Both the position numbers and the translations under genes were made by a program. From contig JBCCWC010000010.1 in NCBI GenBank assembly GCA_039194325.1, forward strand, positions 32,001-96,000: a stretch of DNA of 64,000 nucleotides, in the 5' to 3' direction. The stretch is from Myxococcota bacterium. Its GTDB lineage: Bacteria; Myxococcota_A; Polyangia; Nannocystales; Nannocystaceae. Positions 37,029 through 47,253 of the stretch are shown piece by piece. Below the pieces are notes generated by a model that ran no database searches, was not told the origin of the DNA, and was given only the letters and a program-made list of their open reading frames with translations. Every line of letters starts with the position of its first letter. Positions within the stretch are counted from its first letter, which is position 1.

Positions 37029-39194
37029 ATGCACAAGACCGTCACCATGCTGGCCGCGATGGTCCCGCTTGCCCTGGGTTCGTGTGCCCGAGGCTCGACC
37101 GATGTGGCGGCCGTCGTTGCAGGCACCCGAGGAGTCGAGACGATGGACAACGTACTACTGGCCGAGTGGCAAGGGCCCTACGGGGGCGTGCCTGCGTTCG
37201 ATCGCATGGAGCTGTCGGCGCTAGAGCCCGCCATGGAGCGGGGGATCGAGCTGCACCTGGCCGAGCTCGAGGCGATCGCTCGTAATCCCGAGCCCCCGAC
37301 GTTCGAGAACACCATCGTGGCCATGGAGCGAGCCGGCCAGGCGATCCGTCGGGTCGAGGTCTACTACAACCTGTGGCGCAGTAGCCTATCGTCCCCGGAG
37401 TTTCGCGAGATCGACGAGCGGATCACCCCGATCTACGCGGAGTACGAGTCGAAGATGCTCGGAAACGAGGTGCTCTTTGGCCGCATTGCGGCGGTCTACC
37501 GGTCCGAAGCGGCGGCCTCGCGCAGCCCTGCCGAGCGCCGCCTGGTGAAGCTGGTTCACGAGCGGTTTGACCGGCAGGGGGCCACGCTCGCCGGGGCCGA
37601 CAAGGAGCGCTACGCGGCGATCCAGGGCCGCCTCGCGGAGCTGCACAACGCCTTTGGCACCAACGTGCTCGCCGACGAAGAAGGCTACGTGCTCTACCTC
37701 GACGAGCCGCAGCTGGGGGGGCTCCCCCAGTCGTTTCGGGCGGCAGCCGCAGCGGCGGCGGCCGAGCGTGGCCAGCCGGGCAAGTACGCGATCACCAACA
37801 CCCGCTCGTCGATGGATCCCTTCCTCACCTACTCGACCGAGCGCGAGCTTCGGCAGAAGGTGTGGCGCACCTACTATAGCCGCGGCGACAATGGCGACGA
37901 GCGCGACAACAACGCGATCATCGCCGAGATCTTGAAGCTTCGTGACGAGCGCGTGGCCCTGCTCGGCTACGACAACTACGCGCGATGGCGCCTGGAGAAC
38001 CGAATGGCGCGCACACCCGAGCGCGCCCGAGCGTTGATGATGGCGGTCTGGCCCGCCGCGGTGGCCCGCGTGAAGCAGGAGGTGGCCGACATGCAGGCGA
38101 TCGCCGATGCTCAAGGGGCGGGGATCACCATCGAGCCTTGGGACTATCGCTACTACGCCGACAAGGTTCGCAAGCAGAAGTACGCCCTCGATTCCAACGA
38201 GGTCAAGCAGTACCTCCAGCTCGACAAGCTGCGCGAGGCCATGTTCATGGTGGCCGGTCGGCTCTTCGGCTTTCGCTTCATCCCAGTGCTTGAGGGGAGC
38301 GTCCCCGTGCCGCATCCCGACGTGAAGGTCTGGGAGGTCACCGACGCGAGCTCGGGTCGGCATGTGGGGCTTTGGTATCTCGACCCCTTTGCCCGGCCCG
38401 GCAAGCGGTCGGGGGCGTGGGCCACGACCTATCGGGGGCACACCACGTTCGACGGCGAGCAGAGTGTGCTGTCGTCCAATAACTCCAATTTCATCAAGGG
38501 GCCCCCGGGCGAGCCCGTGCTGATCTCATGGGATGATGCGCAGACCTACTTCCACGAGTTCGGGCATGCCCTGCACGCGCTCTCGTCCCGCGTAGACTAT
38601 CGCACCCTCAACGGCGGGGTGCGCGACTATACCGAGTTCCAGTCGCAATTGCTCGAGCGCTGGCTGCTCACCGACGCCGTGATCGACGGCTATCTCGTCC
38701 ACCACCAGACCGGCCAGCCGATGCCGGCGCAGCTGGTGGCCAAGATCCGGAAGGCCGCCACCTTCAACCAGGGGTTCGCCACCACCGAGTATTTGGCCTC
38801 GGCCTTGCTGGATCTCGAGTACCACACGGTCGATCCGCAGGGGCTCGACCCCGATGCCTTCGAGCGGCAGACCCTCGCGGCGCTTGGCATGCCTCCGCAG
38901 TTGGTCATGCGGCATCGCTCGCCCCACTTCAGCCACGTATTCTCCGGCGAGGGCTACGCGGCGGGCTATTATGGGTATTTGTGGGCCGATGTACTTACCG
39001 CCGATGCCGCGGAGGCGTTCGCCCAGTCGGAGGGCGGCTTCTACGATGAGCGGTGGGCGAGCAAGCTGGTCGAGCACTTGTTCGCGCCGCGGAATGCCGT
39101 GGATCCCGCCGATGCCTACCGGGCATTCCGTGGGCGCGACGCGGCGATCGACGCGCTGATGCGCGACCGAGGCTTCTTGCCAGCCGATCCGTAG
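37029..39194 (+). CDS. dcp: M3-family metallopeptidase (peptidyl-dipeptidase Dcp-like), lipoprotein
   Basis: LGSC lipobox; GKRSGAW, FHEFGHALH, EFQSQ, FSHVF..GYAAGYYGYLWA, FRGRD. Confidence 0.92.
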   Translation: MHKTVTMLAAMVPLALGSCARGSTDVAAVVAGTRGVETMDNVLLAEWQGPYGGVPAFDRMELSALEPAMERGIELHLAELEAIARNPEPPTFENTIVAMERAGQAIRRVEVYYNLWRSSLSSPEFREIDERITPIYAEYESKMLGNEVLFGRIAAVYRSEAAASRSPAERRLVKLVHERFDRQGATLAGADKERYAAIQGRLAELHNAFGTNVLADEEGYVLYLDEPQLGGLPQSFRAAAAAAAAERGQPGKYAITNTRSSMDPFLTYSTERELRQKVWRTYYSRGDNGDERDNNAIIAEILKLRDERVALLGYDNYARWRLENRMARTPERARALMMAVWPAAVARVKQEVADMQAIADAQGAGITIEPWDYRYYADKVRKQKYALDSNEVKQYLQLDKLREAMFMVAGRLFGFRFIPVLEGSVPVPHPDVKVWEVTDASSGRHVGLWYLDPFARPGKRSGAWATTYRGHTTFDGEQSVLSSNNSNFIKGPPGEPVLISWDDAQTYFHEFGHALHALSSRVDYRTLNGGVRDYTEFQSQLLERWLLTDAVIDGYLVHHQTGQPMPAQLVAKIRKAATFNQGFATTEYLASALLDLEYHTVDPQGLDPDAFERQTLAALGMPPQLVMRHRSPHFSHVFSGEGYAAGYYGYLWADVLTADAAEAFAQSEGGFYDERWASKLVEHLFAPRNAVDPADAYRAFRGRDAAIDALMRDRGFLPADP

Positions 39195-39218
39195 CATCGG
39201 CGTAGCGTCAGTCGAGCC

Positions 39219-41093
39219 GTGGAATGCTGGACCGCTGTGCCCAGTTCGGTGGATGTGCAATCTGGTGATGCCCCGTGTGACGGGGAGATCGAGCTCGATC
39301 GCGAGGACGAGCTATGCCGTGTCGAGCTCCGCGTGGAGCAGCTCGAAGAGCTACTCCACGACGGAGCGACCGAGTCGCTCCGTACTCGCTGGGCTGAGGA
39401 GCTTCGGTGGGCCCATCGTGAGTGTCTCGAACTGAACCGACCGGAGCGCGCGTCGGTGCTGCAACGTCGCCTGGCCACGGAGCTGGACAGGCCGCACGCG
39501 TCTCGGACCAGCCGCCTGGTTTCGCGCCAGCACGTGGCGTGGGCCCATGTTTGCCTCGATGCGGTGGTGTATCGGGTCGACCATGGGCAGGACGAGTCGG
39601 CCCTGGAGCGACTACCCGAGCTGGTCGAGCGGGTGAACGCGATCGCCGACGACAAGGACGGCGTTCCGATGACCGCCCGAGTGCTCGAGATCTACTCGGG
39701 GCTCACGTGTCGACGCGAAGGAGCCACGGCGGTCGAGCCCGAGCTCGAACACCTGCGGGTGCTGGCGCGCGGGTCGGATGATCGCCGGGTGCGAGGATCG
39801 CTGGCCCGGGTCCTGGGGCTGCTGGTGCAGGTACGGTTAGCCGAGGGGGAGGTCGGTCTCGCGCGGTTACTCGTGGAGGAGCTGGGGATCGCCGCGCGGT
39901 GCAGCTGGGCCAGCACCGACGAGCGCACCGCCTTGGCCGAAGCTCTGCTCGCGCTGCACGAGCACGTGGGTCCAGCCGAGCGCGTGGTCATCGAGCAAGA
40001 GCTCGGCGAGCTGGCGACGCGCCCCGGGGCCGTCCAGGACCAGCGAAAAGCATGGAGCGCCGCCCTGGATCGATCCGAGCGCTCCCACCAGACCGCGAGC
40101 CAGCATCCCCTCGAGCTGCTGCGAGCGCGGGCCTACCGGGGAGCCGGGGCCGATGATCTTCATACCCTCTTCGAGCGCCTCGAGGCCGAGCTGCCCGGCA
40201 GTGAGCGTGTGTTTCACGAGCACATCGCCGTGCTCAACGAGATGAGGGCGATCGCCGAGCGGCCGGAGGTCGATCCGGCGTTGCGCCTGCGCTTTGCTCG
40301 GTATTGGCTGTCACACCCGTTCAATGCTCGGCGCTACGACTATGGCGCGGTGGCCAACGATCGAAGCGCCTACGCCTGGGTGTCCGAGGCGGCCGAGCGG
40401 GGCGATCTGGAGGGGCAGATCTTGCTCGGGCGCTGTCTGGCTCACGGTCGGGGTACATTTCCCAACCGACGAGCGGCGGTCGAGCAGTTGCGCAAGGCGT
40501 CGGCGCGAGGCTCCGACGAGGCCGAGCAACTGATCCGAATGCTGGGCGTGGCGCGCTTCCCCTGGCTGCGACATCGCTATGTCATGTTCATGGTCGTCGG
40601 CTTCGTGGTGCTGGTACTACACCTGCTGACGCAGCCCTTTGCTTTCGATCCGTGGGGCATACCCGCTTTTGTGGGCGTGATGTTCGGGTTCGCCTTGCTT
40701 CGGTGGGCGCTGTCGTACGTGGTGTCGCTGTTCGTCTCTCCGTCCGAGGAGGATGCAGCGTCTGGGACCTCGCATGCCTTCGATCGAGATGTCGAGTCCT
40801 TCCGCCGCAAGCCGTGGGCGATCGTGCTGGTCACCACCGAGGATGGCCTGGTGCTGGCTCCTTTGGCGTGGTTGGGGATCACGCCCCTGACGGCAGTGTC
40901 GATGGCCCTGTTGTTCGGGCTGCTCCACTACCCCAAGTACTCACCGCGGATCTGCCTGTACCTGACCGCGACCTACACCACGATCGCTCTGCTCGTCTTG
41001 CCCTGGGCGGGACTGTGGGCGGTCACCACGGGCCACGTGATATGGGACGTGTTGTTGCTCTACTGGGGGGTGCGTGAGAAGCGCGACGCGTAG
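39219..41093 (+). CDS. Sel1-repeat protein fused to a CPBP (CAAX protease/Abi)-like membrane domain
   Basis: AAERGDLEGQILLGRCLAHGRG (Sel1); TM helices with ED, FGLLH and HVIWD motifs. Confidence 0.6.
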   Translation: MECWTAVPSSVDVQSGDAPCDGEIELDREDELCRVELRVEQLEELLHDGATESLRTRWAEELRWAHRECLELNRPERASVLQRRLATELDRPHASRTSRLVSRQHVAWAHVCLDAVVYRVDHGQDESALERLPELVERVNAIADDKDGVPMTARVLEIYSGLTCRREGATAVEPELEHLRVLARGSDDRRVRGSLARVLGLLVQVRLAEGEVGLARLLVEELGIAARCSWASTDERTALAEALLALHEHVGPAERVVIEQELGELATRPGAVQDQRKAWSAALDRSERSHQTASQHPLELLRARAYRGAGADDLHTLFERLEAELPGSERVFHEHIAVLNEMRAIAERPEVDPALRLRFARYWLSHPFNARRYDYGAVANDRSAYAWVSEAAERGDLEGQILLGRCLAHGRGTFPNRRAAVEQLRKASARGSDEAEQLIRMLGVARFPWLRHRYVMFMVVGFVVLVLHLLTQPFAFDPWGIPAFVGVMFGFALLRWALSYVVSLFVSPSEEDAASGTSHAFDRDVESFRRKPWAIVLVTTEDGLVLAPLAWLGITPLTAVSMALLFGLLHYPKYSPRICLYLTATYTTIALLVLPWAGLWAVTTGHVIWDVLLLYWGVREKRDA

Positions 41094-41233
41094 AATTGCG
41101 CGAAAATGCTCTCGACAAATGTCGCTAACGAACCTGGACGACTTATCTTAAATATCAGCGCAAAATTTTGTAAGTGGTTGAAATTGTTTACATAGAAATA
41201 ATTTTGTGACTTTTTTCACTAAATTTACTTATC

Positions 41234-42388
41234 TTAACCGCCGTCGATCACTTCTCTTAAACCGTGCTTGATCATCGTCTGCCACCGGTCGCTCAGCCGG
41301 TAGCGCCGAACGCGCTGGGACTGTGTGGCCACCGGGTCGACGAATCCCTCGTCCATCCACTCGTGGAGCCAGGCCCGAGCGGTGGGTGCGGAGACCTCGA
41401 ACCAGCTTCGGATGTCGCCAGGCCGAAGCTCGACGCGCGCGGCACGTTGCTCGAGTGAGCCGAGCAACAGCCGCGTGAGTACCTGCTGCTGACGCCGAGA
41501 GAGCGTCTCCCAGGGCATTTGTGCCAATTGGGTGGGTCGGGTGAGATCGTGCAGGTGCTCGGCCCTCATGCGGAGCTCGTCGGCGGCCTGCGCCATGGTC
41601 TCCACGAAATACTCGATCCACTCGGTCAGGTCGGCATCGTAGCGACCTTCGTAGAAATCGATGGGTAGCCCCATCTGCAGGCTCTGATAATACTTCGCGC
41701 GGTCGGCGTCGAAGAACTCCTCGAACGAGAAGAATCCCCGCATTCGATAGCCCGAGCGCCACAGCTCGGCCGTGGCGAGGAGGCGGGCCGTACGCCCGTT
41801 CCCATCCTCGAAGGGGTGAATGCTGAGGAAGCGATGGCTGAGGATCGCCGCTCGAACGGGGACTGGGAGCACCTGTGTCTCCCTCGCATGAAGCCAGGAC
41901 TCGAGCCCACGCATCAGCGCGAGTACGTCCTTGGGCTCGGGGGGTGCATAGTCCACGGCTCCCGTCGCCGAGTCGACCACCGGGCACTCGACGCTCCGGT
42001 ACTGGCTGGGAGTGCGTCGGCCGCGTAGCCGGACGATCACCGTGCCGTGAAGCCGCCGGATGAAGTCTTGATCTGGGGGTTCGCCTTGGTCGGCGAACTC
42101 TTCGACGCGCTCCAGAGCGAGCCAGTAGTTTCGTACTTCTTGCTCCGCCTCTGCCCCCTGCCGCGGGCCCGCCTGCACGATTGCGCGGCGAAACTCGCGT
42201 TCGTCCAGGGTGTTGCCTTCGATCGCCGTAGAGCTTCGCGTGTGCTTTTGCACCGCGCGAAGGCGGAGCCACAGGCCGGCGTCGGGGGGCAGGGGCAAGA
42301 TCTCGACGATCGCTCGCGCAGCCTCGATGCGCCCCAGCGCGTCGACCATGCGGTTCGTATAGCCGAACCGTGGCGCATAGATCCCCAA
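41234..42388 (-). CDS. Fic-family protein with C-terminal HTH
   Basis: HPFEDGNGRTAR catalytic motif; STAIEGN inhibitory motif; TTG start. Confidence 0.92.
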   Translation of the reverse strand: MGIYAPRFGYTNRMVDALGRIEAARAIVEILPLPPDAGLWLRLRAVQKHTRSSTAIEGNTLDEREFRRAIVQAGPRQGAEAEQEVRNYWLALERVEEFADQGEPPDQDFIRRLHGTVIVRLRGRRTPSQYRSVECPVVDSATGAVDYAPPEPKDVLALMRGLESWLHARETQVLPVPVRAAILSHRFLSIHPFEDGNGRTARLLATAELWRSGYRMRGFFSFEEFFDADRAKYYQSLQMGLPIDFYEGRYDADLTEWIEYFVETMAQAADELRMRAEHLHDLTRPTQLAQMPWETLSRRQQQVLTRLLLGSLEQRAARVELRPGDIRSWFEVSAPTARAWLHEWMDEGFVDPVATQSQRVRRYRLSDRWQTMIKHGLREVIDGG

Positions 42389-42397
42389 GGCCGCACC

Positions 42398-43615
42398 CTA
42401 CTCGGCGAACATGCGTAGCTGCTCGACGGCTACGTCTCGCATGCCGCAGACGTCGTCGTAGTCCACGCTGCGCATGGTCACGTGGCCGTCGCTCATGAGG
42501 GTGTTCTTCCAGTTGCGTCGGGGGTGACCCACCGGGAGCAGGCCCTCCTCGATGAGCCCCCGGCCGGCTCGCTGGCGCACGGCCTCCAGCCCTTCTACCC
42601 GAGTGATCCGGCCCCGCCCCAGCGCCCGCTTGAACACCGTGACCACGTGGTACTTACGGCGCGGCTGCGCCTCGAAGGCGTGCCAGCACACCGCTCGGGC
42701 CCACTCGCGGTAGATATCCATCTCGTTGGCGTAGTTTATCGCGTCCACGAGCTTGGCCCCGCCATTACGATAGCCGATCTCGCTAAAGACCGCCTCGCCT
42801 GAGCGGGTCTTGAACCACTCCATATGAAAGAAGCCGGTACCGATCCGCAGGGCAGCGAGCGCCTGCCGCCCCAGCTCGACGCCACCCCGCACGGCGGGAG
42901 TGTGAGGGTCGCGAAGGGTGATCTGGGCGGGGCTTATCCACTCTTGCGTGCGCCCCTGCAAGGGCGGCGGGTGGTACTGCGTGATGCTCTCGAAGACCGC
43001 CTCGCCCTCGATGGCCACGCCGTCGTAGGTGAACTCCTCGCCCTCGATGAACTCCTCGATGCTCACCTCGGGCACATGGCCCATGGTGGCCAGGCGGGCT
43101 CGCGCTTCGTCTTCGTCGTCGACCCGCCAGGTGTCGGCCGTGCCGGCCCCCGCGACCGGCTTGAGCACCACGGGGTAGCCGATCTCCCGCGCGCCCTGCA
43201 GTACGCCGCGGACCGAGTTGGCGCGGCTGAACCTCGGCACGCGCACCCCGGCTTCCTGCAATCGGGCCTTCATGGTCGGCTTGTCGCGAAAGCCCAGCGT
43301 GGTGTCGTAGTCCATCCCGACGATCCCCATCGCATCGCGCACACGCGCGGCGAGCAGCACCAGTGGTTCCCATAGGGTCTCGACGCGGTCGGCTCCGATC
43401 CTGCGGGCGGCCTCCACCAGCAGCGGCAATGCTCGCTCCTCGTGGAGCAGCCCCGGCACCTGCAAGTAGTCGTGCAGGTAGGGCCTCACCCGGGGCGGGA
43501 GCTGGGCAGCCGGAGCATCACCCACGCCGTAGACGGTGGCACCGACCTCGGTCAGGCCACGAGAGAAGTCGAGCATCTCGGCCGGATAGTGCGGGGACAG
43601 AAACAGGACCTTCAT
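42398..43615 (-). CDS. ATP-grasp ligase A
   Basis: MKVLFLSPHYP, FRDKPTMK, YPVVLKPVAGAG, IEEFIEGEE, HMEWF, SEIG. Confidence 0.9.
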   Translation of the reverse strand: MKVLFLSPHYPAEMLDFSRGLTEVGATVYGVGDAPAAQLPPRVRPYLHDYLQVPGLLHEERALPLLVEAARRIGADRVETLWEPLVLLAARVRDAMGIVGMDYDTTLGFRDKPTMKARLQEAGVRVPRFSRANSVRGVLQGAREIGYPVVLKPVAGAGTADTWRVDDEDEARARLATMGHVPEVSIEEFIEGEEFTYDGVAIEGEAVFESITQYHPPPLQGRTQEWISPAQITLRDPHTPAVRGGVELGRQALAALRIGTGFFHMEWFKTRSGEAVFSEIGYRNGGAKLVDAINYANEMDIYREWARAVCWHAFEAQPRRKYHVVTVFKRALGRGRITRVEGLEAVRQRAGRGLIEEGLLPVGHPRRNWKNTLMSDGHVTMRSVDYDDVCGMRDVAVEQLRMFAE

Positions 43616-43785
43616 CAGCGGGCGCAGCGTCGCCCAGGATGCGGAGCGGGGGAAGCCGCGGTGCTGGCGCGGGCTCGGGGCGAGCGTGGCACCCCGTGAC
43701 GGGCGGATCCCCCCAAGGTGCACTCGAGGGCGGGCGTACTCGCCGGGAGTTGGTGGTGGTTGAGGCGAGTGAGACGAACGGCGCG

Positions 43786-44808
43786 TCAGGAGGGATCGGG
43801 CTTCGCGGCGATGAACGCCCGTCGCTGCTGCACCCACGCTTCCTCCTTGTGCAGGCCGGCGCGGGCGTACTGGGCTTGCAGCGCCTCGTAGCGCTGCTCG
43901 GGGTCGAAGCCCAGAGCCAGGTGGAGCTTGCGCAGGCACACGGGGCACAGGTGCATCGGCTGGCGGTCCGATTCCTCCAGGCTGTTGGAGCCGTTCATGG
44001 TGCAGCCGAGGAATACGCAGTGCCCCAGCCCGAACATGTGCCCCATCTCGTGGCTCATCACCGCGAAGGCCCGGCGCTCGACCAGGCGATGAACCTCGCT
44101 CGGGTCGGCGCGAACGTCCCCGTAGAAGTCGGGGTGGAGCCGGGCAAAGCTGAACACGCCCACTCGGTGAGTGAGGCGGGCCAGGCCGAACACGAAGTTA
44201 TAAGAATCCTCGGGGTATAGATCGGACCACGTCACCGCGATCATGCAGTATGCGTCGTCGGGTAGCCGCAGCTCCATGTGATCGAGGATGTCGGCCGCGT
44301 TGAGCTGGGGTGAGCCGTAGTGTACGCGGCGGGTGACGTCGAGCGCGTCGAGATCGAGCGGGGGCAGTACTCGTGCCTCCAGTGAGAAGAAGTCGTGCGC
44401 GTAACTCGATAGCTCACCCGTGGTTGGCCCGCGATCGGCGGGGAGCGGACCCACCGGCAGCACGTAGATCACGTTGCGCGGGCCGGTCGGGTCGTTGGCC
44501 CCAGAGACGAAGTAGTCGGCGACGGTCTGTGGCTCTTCTTCGTGGAAGGTCAGCCAGTCACCGGGGCCCGGCGCAGGGAGGGGCGAGAAGGCCTCGGTGA
44601 CCACGAAGGCACGACGCTGCCGAGAGGAGAGCCCATCGAGCGGGCCGATTGCATCGGCCAGCGGTGCCGGCGGAGCGAGAGCAGGGGCAGGAGCGGCCAC
44701 GGAATCGAGGGCGGCGTTGGCATCCGGCGACTGGCTCGGCCACAAGATCCAACCCAGCCACGCGGCGCAGGCGATCGCGACCAGCGTCCATAGGTGTCGC
44801 GGGGCCAT
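43786..44808 (-). CDS. Archaemetzincin (M54) zinc metalloprotease
   Basis: NFVFGLA, HEMGHMFGLGHC..CTMNGSNSLEESD..LCPVC. Confidence 0.9.
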   Translation of the reverse strand: MAPRHLWTLVAIACAAWLGWILWPSQSPDANAALDSVAAPAPALAPPAPLADAIGPLDGLSSRQRRAFVVTEAFSPLPAPGPGDWLTFHEEEPQTVADYFVSGANDPTGPRNVIYVLPVGPLPADRGPTTGELSSYAHDFFSLEARVLPPLDLDALDVTRRVHYGSPQLNAADILDHMELRLPDDAYCMIAVTWSDLYPEDSYNFVFGLARLTHRVGVFSFARLHPDFYGDVRADPSEVHRLVERRAFAVMSHEMGHMFGLGHCVFLGCTMNGSNSLEESDRQPMHLCPVCLRKLHLALGFDPEQRYEALQAQYARAGLHKEEAWVQQRRAFIAAKPDPS

Positions 44809-44876
44809 GAGAGCTTCGTGTCCAACGTGCGACCAGAAGTTTCATTGCACCAGTCGCAGGCACAGGATGCCGAGCG

Positions 44877-44944
44877 TGGACGCCGCTTGGGCAAGACCGA
44901 GGCCGGGCGCGACACCGTCGCGTATCCCGAGCCGGCCTCGGCAT
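44877..44944 (-). repeat. Dispersed hairpin repeat copy C
   Basis: Reverse complement ATGCCGAGGCCGGCTCGGGATACGCGACGGTGTCGCGCCCGGCCTCGGTCTT matches copy B with one mismatch over 52 nt. Confidence 0.85.
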
Positions 44945-44951
44945 CGACAAC

Positions 44952-46172
44952 TCAACCGGCGTGGACCTTCAGCGTCTGTCCCACCGTATCCAGCATCTCG
45001 CGCAGGGTGTCGTAGTCTGGGTGCTTCATTTGTACCCAGGCGTTGGCCATGTACCCCGCGTCCACCGGTTGCGTGGGCGTGCCGGCGGGGGGCAAGTGCG
45101 CGTTGATCACCCACTGGCCAAAGCGCTCCTGCATCTGCTCGACGCCGGAGTAGCCGTGGATCCGCCCGTCGGCGCTCGGCCGCAGCGCGATGATCCCCGC
45201 CGCGTATCGCCGAGAAGCCCGCTGGGATGCGCGTCGGTGCACGATCCCGTGGGCCCACTCACCGTAGAGGTCGATCTCGTTGGCGGCGCAGTACAGATCC
45301 CACTGCCCCACGCCCGGGGGCCGCGCGCCGATCTCCGAGAACTTGAGCCCCTTGGGCCCGAAGAACCACTCCATGTGGGTGGCCACCGTGCCCAGCTCCA
45401 TCGCGGAGATCACCGTGCGCCCGAGCTGCTTGACCTCGTCGTAGCCTGGCGCGTCCATGCGATTGGTGACCACGATCTGCGGGGAGATCCACCGCGTGCG
45501 CATGGCCTCCAGCACGTTGGGGTAGTAGTGCGAGATGAACTCGTGCTCGACCTGCCCTCCGATGCACAGGGTGTCGTAGAAGCCCTCGTGGCCCTCGATG
45601 AACTCTTCGAGTGCCACCGAGGCGCCGTGACCGATCCCGATCTGCCGCACGGCGTGACTGAGCTCGGCGTCGTTGGATGCACGATAGGTCCCGGCTGCCC
45701 CCGCTCCGGCGCGAGGCTTGAGGATGATCGGGTAGCCGACCTGCTGCACGAAGGCTTCCACCTCTTGGGGGGTGCTCGCTCCGGTGGAGCGGGCGCAGGG
45801 CACCCCGTGCGCTCGCAAGAACTCCTTCATCAGGGGCTTGTCGCGGCACAGCAGCGCCGCTTTTTCGGTGAGGCCCGGAATAGTGGCGGCCTCGCGCACG
45901 CGCGCGGTGGGGAGGATGTGAGCCTCGACGGTGGCCTCGAGGCGATCGACCCAACCCTGGGCTTGTACCCGCCGTACCGCGTCGAGCAACTGCTGCTCGT
46001 CGCAGACGTTGCCCACCTGCTCGTACCCGGACAGCCAGCCTTTGATCTCGTCGGGGAGGGCTGCGACCGGGGCTTCCCCGATACCGGTGACACGAGCGCC
46101 CACCGACGACAGGGCGCGGACGAATTGGCGCTGGTAGGCGGGAAAGTGGGGCGCGACGAACAGAACGTGCAT
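44952..46172 (-). CDS. ATP-grasp ligase B (paralog of A)
   Basis: MHVLFVAPHFP, CRDKPLMK, YPIILKPRAGAG, EEFIEGHE, HMEWF, SEIGARPPG. Confidence 0.9.
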   Translation of the reverse strand: MHVLFVAPHFPAYQRQFVRALSSVGARVTGIGEAPVAALPDEIKGWLSGYEQVGNVCDEQQLLDAVRRVQAQGWVDRLEATVEAHILPTARVREAATIPGLTEKAALLCRDKPLMKEFLRAHGVPCARSTGASTPQEVEAFVQQVGYPIILKPRAGAGAAGTYRASNDAELSHAVRQIGIGHGASVALEEFIEGHEGFYDTLCIGGQVEHEFISHYYPNVLEAMRTRWISPQIVVTNRMDAPGYDEVKQLGRTVISAMELGTVATHMEWFFGPKGLKFSEIGARPPGVGQWDLYCAANEIDLYGEWAHGIVHRRASQRASRRYAAGIIALRPSADGRIHGYSGVEQMQERFGQWVINAHLPPAGTPTQPVDAGYMANAWVQMKHPDYDTLREMLDTVGQTLKVHAG

Positions 46173-46281
46173 GGTGTGCGCTCTTGGCTTGCCCCCGTGG
46201 AGGCGGATTGGCTAAAAGGCGGGCTCTTCTAACCGCGAGCGACGGCGGCTGACAAGGCGCCCGGAAACCTCGTTCTTCTCC

Positions 46282-47253
46282 ATGACCCTCGGTGTTCTAC
46301 TCGGCCCTCAGCGCCTCCGTCCGACGATCGATGCCGAGCTTGGGCGTTGGGGCATCCCCGGGCCGTTGGCCACGATCACCGCGGGCTGGCAGGAGCGCGA
46401 AGCCGAGGATGACGAGCTCCAGGAGTTCTTGGGTCACCGCTGCGTGAACCTGCGGCTTCACGCGCGTAGCGACCACGTGTATCGGGAGGACCCGGAGTTC
46501 TTCGAAGCGCACCGGGCCAAGCAAGACGTCTTGCGCGCGCTGCAGGATCTGTATCGTCGTCGCCTCGCCCACGCTCTGGACGCGGCGCGTGAGGTCAGCG
46601 AGATCGCGGCCCCCGAGCACCTCGTGGAGCAGGAGCGCGACGCGGCGATCCAGGCCCTGCGCTTGGTCGACGAGCAGCACCTGTCGCGCACGCGGGCGGT
46701 GCAGCAGGAGTTCGAGCAGACCCATCGCCTCACCGGGCGTCCGGCTATCGAGCGCCACTACCGTGAGCTCCGCACGGTGCTGGGCGAGTGCTATGCGCTG
46801 CTGATCGCGGGCGGCCACGTGGCTTCGCTGCTCAACCGCATGCGCTTGTTCCAGTTCGACTCGTTGCTCTCGTCGTTGCCTCGCCCGCTGCCGATCTTCG
46901 CATGGTCGGCCGGCGCGATGGCGATCACCGACCGGGTGGTGCTCTTTCACGATAGCCCCCCGCAGGGCCCGGGCAACGCGGAGATCCTCGGGGCGGGCCT
47001 GGGCTTGCTGCCGGGGTTGGTGGTGCTGCCTCACGCCCGACGTCGGCTCGAGCTCGACGACCCGGGCCGAGTGTCGTTGTTTGCTCGTCGCTTCTCGCCC
47101 GCCCGCTGCGTGACCCTGGATCCCGGGGAGCGCGTGGCCTGGGACGGGCGTCGCTTCACCGTGGGGCCGGGGATCGAGTGCCTGATGCCCTCGGGCCAGG
47201 TCGAGCCCCTCATAGAGGACTGGAGCCCCGAGCAGGAGGAGGCCACCCCATGA
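46282..47253 (+). CDS. Peptidase S51 (peptidase E/cyanophycinase-like)
   Basis: IAGGH, WSAGAM nucleophile elbow, GLGLLP..LPH. Confidence 0.78.
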   Translation: MTLGVLLGPQRLRPTIDAELGRWGIPGPLATITAGWQEREAEDDELQEFLGHRCVNLRLHARSDHVYREDPEFFEAHRAKQDVLRALQDLYRRRLAHALDAAREVSEIAAPEHLVEQERDAAIQALRLVDEQHLSRTRAVQQEFEQTHRLTGRPAIERHYRELRTVLGECYALLIAGGHVASLLNRMRLFQFDSLLSSLPRPLPIFAWSAGAMAITDRVVLFHDSPPQGPGNAEILGAGLGLLPGLVVLPHARRRLELDDPGRVSLFARRFSPARCVTLDPGERVAWDGRRFTVGPGIECLMPSGQVEPLIEDWSPEQEEATP

